A stretch of 64,000 nucleotides of DNA from an uncultured Chloroflexia bacterium (GCA_963823925.1 CAWGNI010000002.1:153292-217291), one strand, 5' to 3'; positions 38,158 through 48,828 are shown, counted from the first letter of the stretch. Translations and numbers: made by a program. The notes: a model not told the origin generated them from the letters alone.

Positions 38158-41100
38158 GATTCGTCTCCTTCGCCGTCCTGTCCGGATCCTGCGTCGCGTT
38201 CGACTGCGACTCCGATATCCGCCTCCGGTCGATCGAGGTGCGGGACCGTCCGCTCGATGTCGGCCAGTTGCTCGTAGTAATGCCGGTGTTCGTCGGCATC
38301 GGATTGGGCGAGGGACGCGAGTTCGGCCGCACGCTCCGGGTGCGTCCGCTTGAGCACGGAGAACCGTGTCTCGTTGCCCACGAATGCCGCGATCGGGATC
38401 GATGGCGCGGCGGAATCGAGCTTGAACGGCTTGACGCCGTCGACCTCGGACGGCTGGAACCGATAGAGCGGCCAGTAGCCACTCCGGACCGCGTCCTTCT
38501 GGTGGGTCATCGACTTCGACATGTCGATCCCGTGGGCGATACACGTGCTGTAGGCGATGACCAGCGACGGTCCCGGCCAGGCATCGGCCTCGAGGAGCGC
38601 CTTGGTCGTCTGGAGGTCGTTCGCACCCATCGCCACCTGGGCGACGTAGACGTTGCCATACGAGCGGGCGATCGCCCCGAGATCCTTCTTGGCCGTGCCT
38701 TTGCCGGCGGCCGCGAACTTGGCCACCGCCCCGCGTGGGGTCGCCTTCGAGGACTGGCCGCCGGTGTTCGAATAGACCTCCGTGTCGAGGACCAGGATGT
38801 TCACGTTGCGACCGGACGACAGGACCTGGTCGACGCCACCGAACCCGATGTCGTAGGCCCAGCCGTCGCCGCCGATGATCCAGATGCCCGTCCGAACGAG
38901 GTCGCCGGCCAGTGCAAGGAGGTGCTGGGCGTCCGCGGCCCCCGGGCCGTCGATCGTGGTGAGGCTGTCGCGCAAGCGGTCGATCCGCTCCCGCTGGGCG
39001 GTGATCTCCGGCTCCGTATCCTGGCTGGCGTCCAGGATCGCCGTCGCGAGTCCTTCGCCGATGTCGGGGGCCAGGCGCTCGACCAGCCGGCGAGCCTGGT
39101 CGGTCTGCGCGTCGAGCGCGAGCCGCATCCCCAGCCCGAATTCCGCGTTGTCCTCGAACAGCGAGTTGCTCCAGGCCGGGCCGCGTCCGGCCGCGTTGAC
39201 GGCCCATGGCGTGGTCGGCAGGTTGGCGCCGTAGATGGACGAGCAACCGGTCGCGTTGGCGACGATCATCCGGTCGCCGAAGAGCTGGCTGACCAGACGG
39301 ATGTAGGGCGTCTCGCCGCAACCGCCGCAGGCGCCGGAGAACTCGAACAGTGGCTCCAGGACCTGGCTGCCCTTCACCGAATCGTGCGGGATCAGGCCGC
39401 GATCGAGCGGCGCGATCGACTGGAAGAAGTCCCAGCGGACACGCTCCGTGTCGCGGTGGTCGAGGACCGGTTCCATGTTGATGGCCTTATGGCTCGTGTC
39501 CGTCTTGCTCTTGGCAGGACAGACGTCAACACACACGCCGCACCCGGTGCAGTCGTCGGGCGCGACCTGGATCGTCAGGCGATGGTCGAGCAGGTCCCGG
39601 GACTTGAATTCCTTGCTCAGGAACGAGGCTGGCGCCGACTCGACCGCGGCGGACGGGAAGACCTTCATCCGGATCGTCGCGTGTGGACAGACCATGGCGC
39701 ACTTGCCGCAGTCGATGCAGATGGCCGGATCCCACACCGGGATCTCCTGCGCGATCGCTCGCTTCTCGTACTGCGTGGTCCCGGTCGGGAACGTGCCGTC
39801 GACCGGGAGGGCGCTCACCGGCAGGAGGTCGCCCTCGCCGGCCATCAGCCGGGATGTGACCCGGGCGACGAAGTCCGGAACGCCCTCAGGCGCCGACGGT
39901 GTCGTCGGCTGGTCGTTCGTGACCGTGCCGAGCGGGACGTGGGCGAGGCGTGCGAGCGAGCTGTCGATCGCGTCGAAGTTTCGGGTCACGATCGCCTCGC
40001 CGCGCTTCGCGTAGGTGGCTTCGACCCAGGACTTGATACGGGCGACGGCCTCGTCCGGCGGCAGGATCCCGGACAGCTGGAAGAAGCATGGCTGCATCAC
40101 GGTGTTGATCCGGCTGCCCATGCCGGCCTCGTTGGCGACGGCGGATGCGTCGATCACCCAGAAGTCGATCGCCTTCTCGATCAGCAGTTCCTGGACACCT
40201 CCCGGCAGGTGCTCCCAGACCTCGTCTGGGCCGTACGGAGCGTTGAGCAGGAAGGTCGCGCCGTGCTTCGCGTACTCGAGGACCTTGGTCTTGCCGAGCA
40301 TCCCGAACTGATGGCAGGCGATGAAGTCGGCATCGTCGATCAGGTAGGTGGAGCGGATGGGTTCAGGTCCGAACCGAAGGTGGGAGACCGTGATCGAACC
40401 GGACTTCTTCGAGTCGTACACGAAGTAGCCCTGGGTGAACAGGTCGGTGCCCTCGCCGATGATCTTGATCGATGCCTTGTTGGCGCCGACGGTGCCATCC
40501 GAGCCGAGCCCGAAGAACATCGCCTGGACCTCGCCGGCCGGGCGGGAATGACGGAAGTCGTGGTCGATCGGCAGGCTGAGGTGGGTGACGTCGTCGTAGA
40601 TCCCGACGGTGAAGTGGCGCCGCGATCTGGCCACGGCCAGCTCGTCGAAGATCGGCTTGATCATCGACGGCGTCATCTCCTTCGATGACAGGCCGTACCG
40701 GCCCCCGATCACCCGGGGCGACGTCTCGAAACGAGGCTTGTCGACGTCCTGTGCCTCGTCCAGGGCGGCAAGCACCTCGAGGTAGAGCGGTTCACCGACC
40801 GCGCCGGGCTCCTTCGTCCGGTCGAGGACCGCGATAGCCCTGGTCGTGGATGGTAGGGCCGCGAGGAGTGCCGCGGCAGGGAATGGCTGGAACAGCCGGA
40901 TCCGGAGCATCCCGACCCGCTCCCCGGCAGCGACCAGCGCGTCGACCGTTTCCTCGACCGCGCCCGAGGCCGAGCCCATCACGACGACGACGCGGTCCGC
41001 ATCCGGGGCGCCGTGGTAGTCGACGAGCCCGTACTGGCGGCCGGTCCGGGTCGCGAGCTCATCCATGACGTCCTGGACGATGCCGGGAACGGCAAGGTGG

Positions 41101-41804
41101 AACGGGTTCGACGCCTCGCGCGCCTGGAAGAAGACATCCGGGTTCTGCGCGGTCCCGCGCACGACCGGCGCGTCCGGGGTCAGGCCCTGGCGGCGGAAGG
41201 CGAGGACATCGTCGTCGCGGATCAGGGCCCGGACGTCGTCCTGATCGAGGATCGCGATCTTGTCGACCTCGTGCGAGGTGCGGAAGCCGTCGAAGAAATG
41301 GAGGAACGGGACGCGCGACCGGAGCGTCGCCGCGTGCGCCACCAGCGCAAAGTCGTGCGCCTCCTGGACCGATCCGGCGGCGAGCATCGCCCAGCCGGTC
41401 GTGCGGGCATGCATCACGTCGCTGTGGTCGCCGAAGATCGACAGGGCGTGGGTCGCGATCGTACGGGCCGCCACGTGGATGACCGCCGGCGTCAGTTCAC
41501 CGGCGATCTTGAACATGTTCGGGACCATCAGGAGCAGGCCCTGGGACGCGGTGAACGTCGTCGCGAGCGCGCCCTTCTGGAGTGCGCCGTGGAGGGCACC
41601 GGCCGCCCCCGCCTCGGACTGCATCTCGACGATCTCCGGGACCTTGCCCCACAGGTTCGGCTGTCCCGCGGCCGACCAGTCGTCACAATGCTCGGCCATC
41701 GGGGAAGCCGGGGTGATCGGGTAGATCGAGATGACTTCGCTGACGGCGTAGGCGACGCGTGCCGCCGCCTCGTTCCCGTCGACGCACTCGTGCTGCTTGT
41801 CCAC
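38154..41804 (-). CDS. nifJ: pyruvate:ferredoxin (flavodoxin) oxidoreductase, single-polypeptide PFOR
   Basis: 1216 aa. It carries TPP and ferredoxin domains with two 4Fe-4S CxxCxxCxxxCP motifs (CIDCGKCAMVCP, CTGCGVCVDVCP) and a GDG TPP-binding region. GTG start with a GGGAGG RBS. Confidence 0.9.
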   Translation of the reverse strand: MDKQHECVDGNEAAARVAYAVSEVISIYPITPASPMAEHCDDWSAAGQPNLWGKVPEIVEMQSEAGAAGALHGALQKGALATTFTASQGLLLMVPNMFKIAGELTPAVIHVAARTIATHALSIFGDHSDVMHARTTGWAMLAAGSVQEAHDFALVAHAATLRSRVPFLHFFDGFRTSHEVDKIAILDQDDVRALIRDDDVLAFRRQGLTPDAPVVRGTAQNPDVFFQAREASNPFHLAVPGIVQDVMDELATRTGRQYGLVDYHGAPDADRVVVVMGSASGAVEETVDALVAAGERVGMLRIRLFQPFPAAALLAALPSTTRAIAVLDRTKEPGAVGEPLYLEVLAALDEAQDVDKPRFETSPRVIGGRYGLSSKEMTPSMIKPIFDELAVARSRRHFTVGIYDDVTHLSLPIDHDFRHSRPAGEVQAMFFGLGSDGTVGANKASIKIIGEGTDLFTQGYFVYDSKKSGSITVSHLRFGPEPIRSTYLIDDADFIACHQFGMLGKTKVLEYAKHGATFLLNAPYGPDEVWEHLPGGVQELLIEKAIDFWVIDASAVANEAGMGSRINTVMQPCFFQLSGILPPDEAVARIKSWVEATYAKRGEAIVTRNFDAIDSSLARLAHVPLGTVTNDQPTTPSAPEGVPDFVARVTSRLMAGEGDLLPVSALPVDGTFPTGTTQYEKRAIAQEIPVWDPAICIDCGKCAMVCPHATIRMKVFPSAAVESAPASFLSKEFKSRDLLDHRLTIQVAPDDCTGCGVCVDVCPAKSKTDTSHKAINMEPVLDHRDTERVRWDFFQSIAPLDRGLIPHDSVKGSQVLEPLFEFSGACGGCGETPYIRLVSQLFGDRMIVANATGCSSIYGANLPTTPWAVNAAGRGPAWSNSLFEDNAEFGLGMRLALDAQTDQARRLVERLAPDIGEGLATAILDASQDTEPEITAQRERIDRLRDSLTTIDGPGAADAQHLLALAGDLVRTGIWIIGGDGWAYDIGFGGVDQVLSSGRNVNILVLDTEVYSNTGGQSSKATPRGAVAKFAAAGKGTAKKDLGAIARSYGNVYVAQVAMGANDLQTTKALLEADAWPGPSLVIAYSTCIAHGIDMSKSMTHQKDAVRSGYWPLYRFQPSEVDGVKPFKLDSAAPSIPIAAFVGNETRFSVLKRTHPERAAELASLAQSDADEHRHYYEQLADIERTVPHLDRPEADIGVAVERDAGSGQDGEGDES

Positions 41805-42165
41805 GTGCGGGCCTCCCGTTCAGGGACCTGGTCGTGACGCGTCCCTTTGTCGGGTTCGGTCCGGCTCAAATGGTGGGCGTCCAGCGCGACCGTCGACAGG
41901 GCCGAAAGGCCTGCGAGAGCCGGGACCAGTGCCGGGAATGCTGCTCGCTGCACGGACGGGACAGTTGGTTCGTTACTTGCGCAACTACGCAACCTGATGC
42001 TAGAGTGGGCCAACCCACGGATGCCCGATCAGCGGAGTGATCAACGACATGTCTTCAGGCAGCTTCGCGCGGGAGGACCGGTCGTGATCGGCCGGGCGAT
42101 GCCGGCTGGCTAGCCCAGCCGCAGCGGTCCTGGCGACGACCGACCGGCGGTTCGCCCTCCATGCC

Positions 42166-42615
42166 GTGCTGTGGACGATCGCCTCGCTCGCCGCCTTCGG
42201 GCTGGTCGCCGCCATCATCCCCAACCCGGTCTTCGGACGGCAGGTGCCCGTCGAGCCATTCGCGATCGCTGTCTGGCTCCTGTCAGCCCCGCTCATGGGG
42301 CTGCTCGGGGCGACCTACACGGCTCCCGGTCCTGTCGCTCGCGCCGAGCCGGCTGCGCTCGTCCTCACTCCCGCCGGCGTCGCCACGAACCACGATGGGA
42401 CGACCCTCGGGGCCGTGGCAAGTGTCGGTGCATTCCTCGCGATCGGCTGCCCGGTCTGTAACAAGATCGCCCTGGTCCTCCTGGGGACGAGCGGGGCGAT
42501 GACCATCTTCGCCCCGATCCAACCCGCCATCGGAGCGGTCTCACTCGCCCTGCTGGCCGCGACGCTGGCCTGGCGTCTGCGGCTGCGGACGCGTGCGGGA
42601 ACCTGCCGCATCTGA
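42166..42615 (+). CDS. membrane protein (hypothetical) with CPVC motif
   Basis: 149-aa 4-TM ORF. GCPVCNK lies between TM helices. Confidence 0.4.
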   Translation: MLWTIASLAAFGLVAAIIPNPVFGRQVPVEPFAIAVWLLSAPLMGLLGATYTAPGPVARAEPAALVLTPAGVATNHDGTTLGAVASVGAFLAIGCPVCNKIALVLLGTSGAMTIFAPIQPAIGAVSLALLAATLAWRLRLRTRAGTCRI

Positions 42616-42644
42616 GCGGCCACACTCCACGACTCGAGGTATTC

Positions 42645-43082
42645 ATGCGTTCCGTTTTGCGCCGGATCCCGGGTGCCCGCGTCGGCACTCGCCTGTCCTC
42701 CCGCGTCGCCCTCGTTGCCCTTGTCGCCCTGGCGGCGATGGTCATGGCCGGGTGCGGCGGTTCCGCGGCCACATCCGCCGTCCAGAAGGTCGGTGCGAAC
42801 GAGGCCGTCGGCATGCTCGACTCGCGCGTCGTCGTCGACGTCCGCACTCCTGCGGAGTACGCCGCCGGGCACATCGCCGGAGCCGCCAACATCGATGTCG
42901 AGGCCTCCGACTTCTCTGCACAGATCTCGTCCCTCGACAAGAACGCGGCGTACCTCGTCTACTGTCAGTCGGGCCGGCGGAGCGCCATCGCCGCCGAGCA
43001 GATGGCCGCGGCCGGCTTCACCGACATCGTCGACGGCGGTGCGATGGGGGACCTTGTGGCGGCGGGCGCGCCCACCGAGTAG
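42645..43082 (+). CDS. rhodanese-domain sulfurtransferase lipoprotein
   Basis: Lipobox (VMAGC|GGS). Rhodanese active-site loop CQSGRRS. Confidence 0.75.
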   Translation: MRSVLRRIPGARVGTRLSSRVALVALVALAAMVMAGCGGSAATSAVQKVGANEAVGMLDSRVVVDVRTPAEYAAGHIAGAANIDVEASDFSAQISSLDKNAAYLVYCQSGRRSAIAAEQMAAAGFTDIVDGGAMGDLVAAGAPTE

Positions 43083-43240
43083 CGGACCGCTCGGCCGCTG
43101 TCCGAGCCGCGGAGGCGCCCGCGGACACCGGCCTAGGCAGCCATTCGTCAGGGTTGGACGCCGCGGGCAACGGCGCTACCGTCGAGGGCGACCTTGTGAT
43201 GCGCGTCCACACGCGCCAGTCCAGGCGTGCTGCATGAACG

Positions 43241-44813
43241 GTGGCGACCATTGCTCGAAGCGTCCCGGACGGCCTCGCAACATCGATGGCTGGAGCCTCG
43301 TTGAGTCGCGCCGTCGCCTTCCCGGTCGCGGTCGGCCTCTCACTCGTTCTGGCCTGGTCGGCGTCTGCCGCCGGGCCGGGCGTCACCGTGGTCCGCGAGA
43401 CGCCCGTCAGCGCAGCCCCGAGGAGCAGCTCGAGCCGGACTCGGGAGCCGATCGTCGCCGCCCATCCGACCGATCCGACCCGGATCGCCGTGACCTATCC
43501 CCGGGGCGACACGCACCCCAAGGGATGTCATCGCCATCTCGCACGACAGCGGCAAGACATTCAAGGCCGCAGCCGGCGACCCGGCGGGCGGGGGCAACCA
43601 CCCGGCGATCGCCTGGGGCAAGGGCCCGAAGGCGGGCTCTGCGCGGCTCTACTACATGGCCCTGACCACGGCGGGCGGGCGATGCTGCGTCTTTGCCATC
43701 TCGCACAGCGACAACGAGGGGCGGACCTGGTCCGCGCCGTTCATCGCCCGCGGCACGACACCCTGGTTCGGCGGCTTTCCTGACATCACGACCGATGACG
43801 ACCCGGCGAGCCCCAACTACGGGACCGTGTACGCGGCCTACAACTGGCCGGCCAAGCCGAGCAAAGGGCCGGGGCTGCGGCTGCTGGCTTCGTCCGACTA
43901 CGGCCGCACGTTCCACGGCATCGAGGTCCCGGTCGCCAGGACCCCAGCAGGGTTCGGCGACAGCTGGCGGATCGACTACCGCGTCGAGCCCGCGCCCGAC
44001 GGCTCCGCCTACGTCGCCTTCTACCAGCGTGACCTCCGGTCGTGGAATATCGGCAGTCCGTTCTCCTATGGCGGGCTCTCGAATGTCGGCCGGATCGGCT
44101 TCTCGGTCGCCCGCTTCACCTATCACCGCTCCAGCGGGAGGTTCTCGCTCGGCCCCACGGTGATGGCGGCGAAGCTGTCGAGGACGGCCTGGAACATCGG
44201 CAGCGGGTCGCCGGTCACGGGACTGACGGATCCGATGTGGAATTTCGGGCTCGCCGTCGACCCGGGCACCGGGGCGGTCTACCTCGCGGTCGGGATCGAC
44301 GGCGGTGTCCGCGTCTACCGGAGCAACACCAACGGCGTCACCTGGGCCTACAGCACGCTACCCGCGGCCAGCGCAGTGGCCGGACACCGACAGAAGACCT
44401 TCCATCCGAACGTCGTGGCCGGTGACGGCTTCGTGCTGGTCACCCTGCACACGATCGACCGCTCCGGCGCCTCGCGCTCGGTCGGTAACGACTATGCCGT
44501 CTCGTTCGACCATGGCAGGACGTGGACTCGCCCGAAGGCGATCAGCCCGAGCCGCTGGAAGACGAGGTACTTCTCGTCGACCTACAACGGGGTCGGACTG
44601 CGCGAGCGCGCGGTCCTCACGGCCGACGGGACACGCGTGTTCTGGGCCTATGGCGATGGACGCATGGGCCGCTACGGGTTCAGCCGCATCTACGGCACCC
44701 TGCTCTCGGTCACGAAACCGGTCCCAGCGCCTGACCCGACGCCCACGCCCACGCCCACGCCGACACCGACGCCCATGCCGGCACCTACGCCCGCGCCATC
44801 ATCGGTTGGGTGA
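43241..44813 (+). CDS. secreted BNR/Asp-box repeat protein (sialidase-like beta-propeller) with C-terminal Pro-Thr linker; frameshifted near 43510
   Basis: Multiple SxDxGxTW Asp-boxes (SHDSGKTF, SHSDNEGRTWS, SSDYGRTF, SNTNGVTWA, SFDHGRTWT). The N-terminal signal-like segment is in a different frame from the rest. Confidence 0.55.
44737..44800. repeat. (ccS acS)n low-complexity repeat encoding PTPTPTPTPTPTPMPAPTPAP linker
   Basis: Direct reading of the sequence. Confidence 0.7.
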
Positions 44814-44856
44814 CCGGCAACCCTTCACTACCAGGCGGCGGCAGCGGCGGCCGTGA

Positions 44857-45507
44857 TCAGTCGGGTCGGCCGGTCCCGAACTGGCGGTCGCCCGCGTCAC
44901 CCAGCCCTGGGAGGATGTAGCCCTTCTCGTTGAGCTGGCGATCGAGCGCGGCACAATAGATGGCGACGTCGGGATGCGCCGCCGCGACTGCCTCGACACC
45001 CTCCGGCGCGGCGATCAGATTGACGAGCTTGATCCGGACCGGCTTGACGGCGCCCCACTTCTTGAGGATCTCGATCGCCGCCGTCGCGGAGCCGCCGGTC
45101 GCGAGCATCGGATCGAGGATCAGGCACAGGTCCACGGTCGCCGAGTCGGGCATCTTGTTGTAGTACTCGACCGGCCGCAGCGTCTTCTCATCGCGGAAGA
45201 GCCCAAGGTGCCAGACCTGGGCGGTCGGCATCAGCTCGAGCATCGCATCGACCATCCCGAGGCCGGCTCGGAGGATCGGCACGAGCCCGATCCGCTCGCC
45301 CAGTTCGTGCGCCGACATCGATTCCATCGGCGTCCTGATCTCCAGCTGCCGAAGCCCGACATCGGCCAGCGCCTCGTACCCGAGCAGCCAGGAAAGTTCG
45401 CGGACGACTTCACGGAACTTCTTCGGCTCCGTGTGCTCGTCACGCAGGATGGCCAGCTTGTGCCGGACGGCGGGATGCTGCGAGACATGGAGTGTCGAAG
45501 CGGCCAT
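44857..45507 (-). CDS. upp: uracil phosphoribosyltransferase
   Basis: 217 aa with a PRPP-binding motif ([15 protein letters not shown]) and Upp family similarity. The start was set at [12 protein letters not shown]. Confidence 0.85.
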   Translation of the reverse strand: MAASTLHVSQHPAVRHKLAILRDEHTEPKKFREVVRELSWLLGYEALADVGLRQLEIRTPMESMSAHELGERIGLVPILRAGLGMVDAMLELMPTAQVWHLGLFRDEKTLRPVEYYNKMPDSATVDLCLILDPMLATGGSATAAIEILKKWGAVKPVRIKLVNLIAAPEGVEAVAAAHPDVAIYCAALDRQLNEKGYILPGLGDAGDRQFGTGRPD

Positions 45508-45629
45508 GGTCGTCGGGAGTCCTCCGGTGGGCGAGGATGGGTCGGCGCGCACCCATCGTAGCAACCGAGGGGGTATCCTCGCCCTCCCGGCGGTCTTCGG
45601 TCGCCGGTCGCATCGGAGAAGGATCGATC

Positions 45630-46781
45630 GTGCCCGCACCCGCTTCGCCCCCTCGTCCGCGCTCAGGGCGCACGTCGGCACGCGCCGGATCGCGCCCACG
45701 TGGTGCTGCGCCGGTGCTGGCCCGCCAGCTGCGCGACGGGCTCGAGGAGAGCGTCCATCGCGGCGACATCGTCGAGGCCGACGCCGCCGGGCGGATCATC
45801 CGGCAGCTGGGCGATCCGGAGCGACTGGTGACCCTCCGCTCGACGGTCAAGCCGTTCGGCCTCCTGGCGTTGGTCGAAGCCGGCGGGATCGAGGCGTTCG
45901 ACCTGGAACCGGCCGAGATCGCGATCCTCGCCAGTTCGCACTCGGGTGAGGATCTGCACGTTCGCACCCTCCAGGGACTGCACCGGCGCTCCGGGGTCAG
46001 CCAGGCGTCGCTCGCCTGCGGCTCGGAGGGCGCCCCGCTCGACGCGCTGACCGCCGCCCGCCTTGCCCGCGACGGCGAGAAGGCCGGACCGATCCGTCAC
46101 ATGTGCTCCGGGCAGCACACGGTCTCCCTCCTGCTCTGCCGGCTGCACGGGTGGGATGCGACCGACTACTGGAAGCCGAGTCATCCGTCACAGATCGCCT
46201 ATCGGGCAGCGGTGGCCGAGGCGTTCGCGACGGCGCCGACCAAGCTGCGCACGGCCATCGACGGGTGCGGTGTCGAGACCTATGCCTTCCGCCTCCGGGA
46301 GGTCGCCCAGGCGTACGCGATGTTGGCGGACCCGACTCGGGTCCCCGCCAGCGATCCTCGATCCGCGATCGCCGCGTCGCTGTCCCTGATCCGCGACGCC
46401 CTGCTGGCGAACCCGGAGATGATCGCCGGCCGGCACGATCGGCTCGACACCTCGCTGATGAAGGCCGTGCCCGACCGGATCATCAGCAAGGCGGGCATGG
46501 AGGCGCTCCGCGGCCTCGCGATCCTGGCAGGGCCGCGGAGCGGGACCAACGAGGTCGGGGCATCGGGGATGGCCATCAAGGTCGAGGACGGCGGCGGCTA
46601 CGAGCGCGGGCCCTGGGCGATCGCCGTCGAGGCGCTGCGCCAGGCCGGTGTCATCGACGGTGGCGCCCTGCGTGACCTCGCCCGCTACCATCGGCCGACC
46701 GATCTGGATCCACACGGCCGGGTCGGCGCCGAGACGGTCGCCGGATTCGAGCTCGCGCCGGTGGGCGAGCTCATCGGCTGA
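45630..46781 (+). CDS. asparaginase family protein (Asparaginase_II / PF06089-like)
   Basis: Conserved segments [17 protein letters not shown] and [13 protein letters not shown]...LACG. The start is uncertain, with a GTG at 45630 and a GGAGAAGG RBS. Confidence 0.6.
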   Translation: MPAPASPPRPRSGRTSARAGSRPRGAAPVLARQLRDGLEESVHRGDIVEADAAGRIIRQLGDPERLVTLRSTVKPFGLLALVEAGGIEAFDLEPAEIAILASSHSGEDLHVRTLQGLHRRSGVSQASLACGSEGAPLDALTAARLARDGEKAGPIRHMCSGQHTVSLLLCRLHGWDATDYWKPSHPSQIAYRAAVAEAFATAPTKLRTAIDGCGVETYAFRLREVAQAYAMLADPTRVPASDPRSAIAASLSLIRDALLANPEMIAGRHDRLDTSLMKAVPDRIISKAGMEALRGLAILAGPRSGTNEVGASGMAIKVEDGGGYERGPWAIAVEALRQAGVIDGGALRDLARYHRPTDLDPHGRVGAETVAGFELAPVGELIG

Positions 46782-46800
46782 TCGGGACCGGCTCGACAGG

Positions 46801-48093
46801 ATGGCCCCCGAAACCGACCCGTATCGCGTCCTCGGCCTGGCCCGCGGCGCGTCACTCGACGAGATCAAGCGCGCCTACCGTCAGCTTGCCAAGGCGAATC
46901 ACCCCGACGCTGCGGGCGAGCACAACGTCGCCCGGTTCCTCGCCATCCAGGCGGCCTACGAGCGACTCACCGGGTCCGAGGCGCCGAATGGGTCTTCGCG
47001 TCGACCCGCAGGACCGCGGCGTCCATGGGAAGCCGACCCGGACCGAAGTGATGCGACCCGGCGCGCCTATGGCGGCCGTGCCCGGTCATCGTCCCGCGAT
47101 CGAGCCGCCGGTGCGCCCGGACGGGCGGATCGCCAACGCCGGCAGGCCGGCTCCGATGGCGCGGACGGCCCGACGGGCAAGGGGAGTGCCTCGAAGGCAG
47201 GGGACGACGGCCCAGCCAAGGCGACGCCGGGGTCGACGTCATACGACGGGGCCGACGCCGTGCCGTTCGAGCCGGATTGGGGTGGTGCCAGCTGGTACGG
47301 GACGACGAGCGGGACCTACTGGACCCTCAACCCCAAGGAATACGCAGACCCTCGGAAGCACGGCCCCGAATACCAGGCGCGGGCGCGGCGGGCGGCCCGC
47401 GATCGGCGACCGGGGCCGGCCGGTCTGGCGGCGGATGGTCCCGGAAGCCTCGACGATGCGACCCACACGACGAGTTCCTGGTGGGAGTCCACAAGCGGCC
47501 CGGCGCCCACGGGGCCAGACGCGGAGCCCGACGAAACGGTCGCGGCGAGGTCCGCACCGCCCGACCCGGACCCGGTCCCGGCCCGCCGGCGCGGCCCCGG
47601 CCGACCGCCGACCCCTGCGGCGCCGATCGCCGCAGCGCAGCCCGATCTGGGTCAGGCGACCTCCGATATCGGTCGGGCCCTGACCGATGAGCGGGTCGGT
47701 GGCATCCGCCTCAGGTTCGCGCGGGCGGTGATCGGCTGGTTGCCGATCGCGTTCGGGCTCGGCTGGCTGATCGGCGAGGTCACCGGCTGCGGTCGGTTCG
47801 CGGCGACGTGTGACAGCGGCACGACGCCGATCACGCTCGCGCTCCAGTTCCTGGTCCTCGCCGTCCTGCTCCTCGTCCCGACGATCGCCGCGCTGACGAC
47901 GATGGCCTCGATCTCCCTGCTCGTCGTGTCGGTCGTGGCGGCGCTGGCCCTGTCGGCCGGCGGTGGGCCATCGGACGACGCCCGGCGGACGGCCCTGGGC
48001 TTGATCCTCGTCGGCGCCTGGCTGGTCGGGCTGGCGATCGCGGTCATCGCTCGCATCCGCCAGCGTCCATCGGCGACCAGTCCCGTATCCTGA
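46801..48093 (+). CDS. J-domain (DnaJ-like) protein with disordered linker and C-terminal transmembrane region
   Basis: N-terminal J domain (DPYRVLGLARGASLDEIKRAYRQLAKANHPD). Long low-complexity middle. The C-terminus has 3-4 TM helices. Confidence 0.65.
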   Translation: MAPETDPYRVLGLARGASLDEIKRAYRQLAKANHPDAAGEHNVARFLAIQAAYERLTGSEAPNGSSRRPAGPRRPWEADPDRSDATRRAYGGRARSSSRDRAAGAPGRADRQRRQAGSDGADGPTGKGSASKAGDDGPAKATPGSTSYDGADAVPFEPDWGGASWYGTTSGTYWTLNPKEYADPRKHGPEYQARARRAARDRRPGPAGLAADGPGSLDDATHTTSSWWESTSGPAPTGPDAEPDETVAARSAPPDPDPVPARRRGPGRPPTPAAPIAAAQPDLGQATSDIGRALTDERVGGIRLRFARAVIGWLPIAFGLGWLIGEVTGCGRFAATCDSGTTPITLALQFLVLAVLLLVPTIAALTTMASISLLVVSVVAALALSAGGGPSDDARRTALGLILVGAWLVGLAIAVIARIRQRPSATSPVS

Positions 48094-48097
48094 GCCC

Positions 48098-48823
48098 ATG
48101 CCCAAGCGCCGTGACCAACGCGACCTGTCCGCCGCCGCCCAGGAGTACCTGCTCGCGCTGCGGGTCCTCGTCGGGTCCGAGGACAAGCGGGTCACGGCCG
48201 CCCAGGTCGCGCGGCACCTGGGCGTGACGAGCCAGGCCGCCAGCGAGATGTTCAGGCGGCTCGTGGCCGACGGGCTGGTCGCCCATGACGCCGGCCGGGA
48301 ACTGCATCTGACCCCAGCCGGCCGGACGTCGGCAGACGCCATCTTCCGTCGCCACGCGCTGCTCGAATGGCTGCTCACGTCGGTGATCGGCCTTGGCTGG
48401 GCCGAATCCGACGACGAGGCGATGCGCCTGCAAGGGGCGATCTCGCCGCGGGTCGAAGCCAGGCTCGACGAGATCCTGGGGCACCCCGAGACCTGCCCGC
48501 ATGGCAACCCGATCGACGCCGAGATCGCTCATCGACGCCCTGCCGGGACGAGGCTCAGCGAGATGGACGCGGGCGCTCGGGCGACGATCCTCAGGATCAC
48601 CGAAGAGGCCGAAGAAGACGCCGGGCTCCTCTCGTACCTGGAGGCCCGCGCGCTGACCCCCGGCGCCCACGTCTCGATCCTCGCCCGGAGCGAGTCGCTC
48701 GACTCGTTGACCCTCGATGGTCCGCGCGGCCGGGCCACCCTCGGCCTTCGGCCGGCCTCGCTCGTCAGGGTCCTTCCCGGTGAGGCGGACCCGGCGTTGT
48801 TCCATCGCGTCCCGGGGCGCTGA
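48098..48823 (+). CDS. DtxR/IdeR-family metal-dependent transcriptional regulator with C-terminal FeoA/SH3-like domain
   Basis: N-terminal wHTH (VTAAQVARHLGVTSQAASEMFRRLVADGLV) and a metal-site region (ETCPHGNPI). Confidence 0.8.
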   Translation: MPKRRDQRDLSAAAQEYLLALRVLVGSEDKRVTAAQVARHLGVTSQAASEMFRRLVADGLVAHDAGRELHLTPAGRTSADAIFRRHALLEWLLTSVIGLGWAESDDEAMRLQGAISPRVEARLDEILGHPETCPHGNPIDAEIAHRRPAGTRLSEMDAGARATILRITEEAEEDAGLLSYLEARALTPGAHVSILARSESLDSLTLDGPRGRATLGLRPASLVRVLPGEADPALFHRVPGR

Positions 48824-48828
48824 AGCGG

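Noticed and set aside
38088-40688. 866-aa ORF on the plus strand
   Set aside because: Antisense to nifJ, whose 1216-aa product has unmistakable PFOR motifs. It is a shadow ORF.
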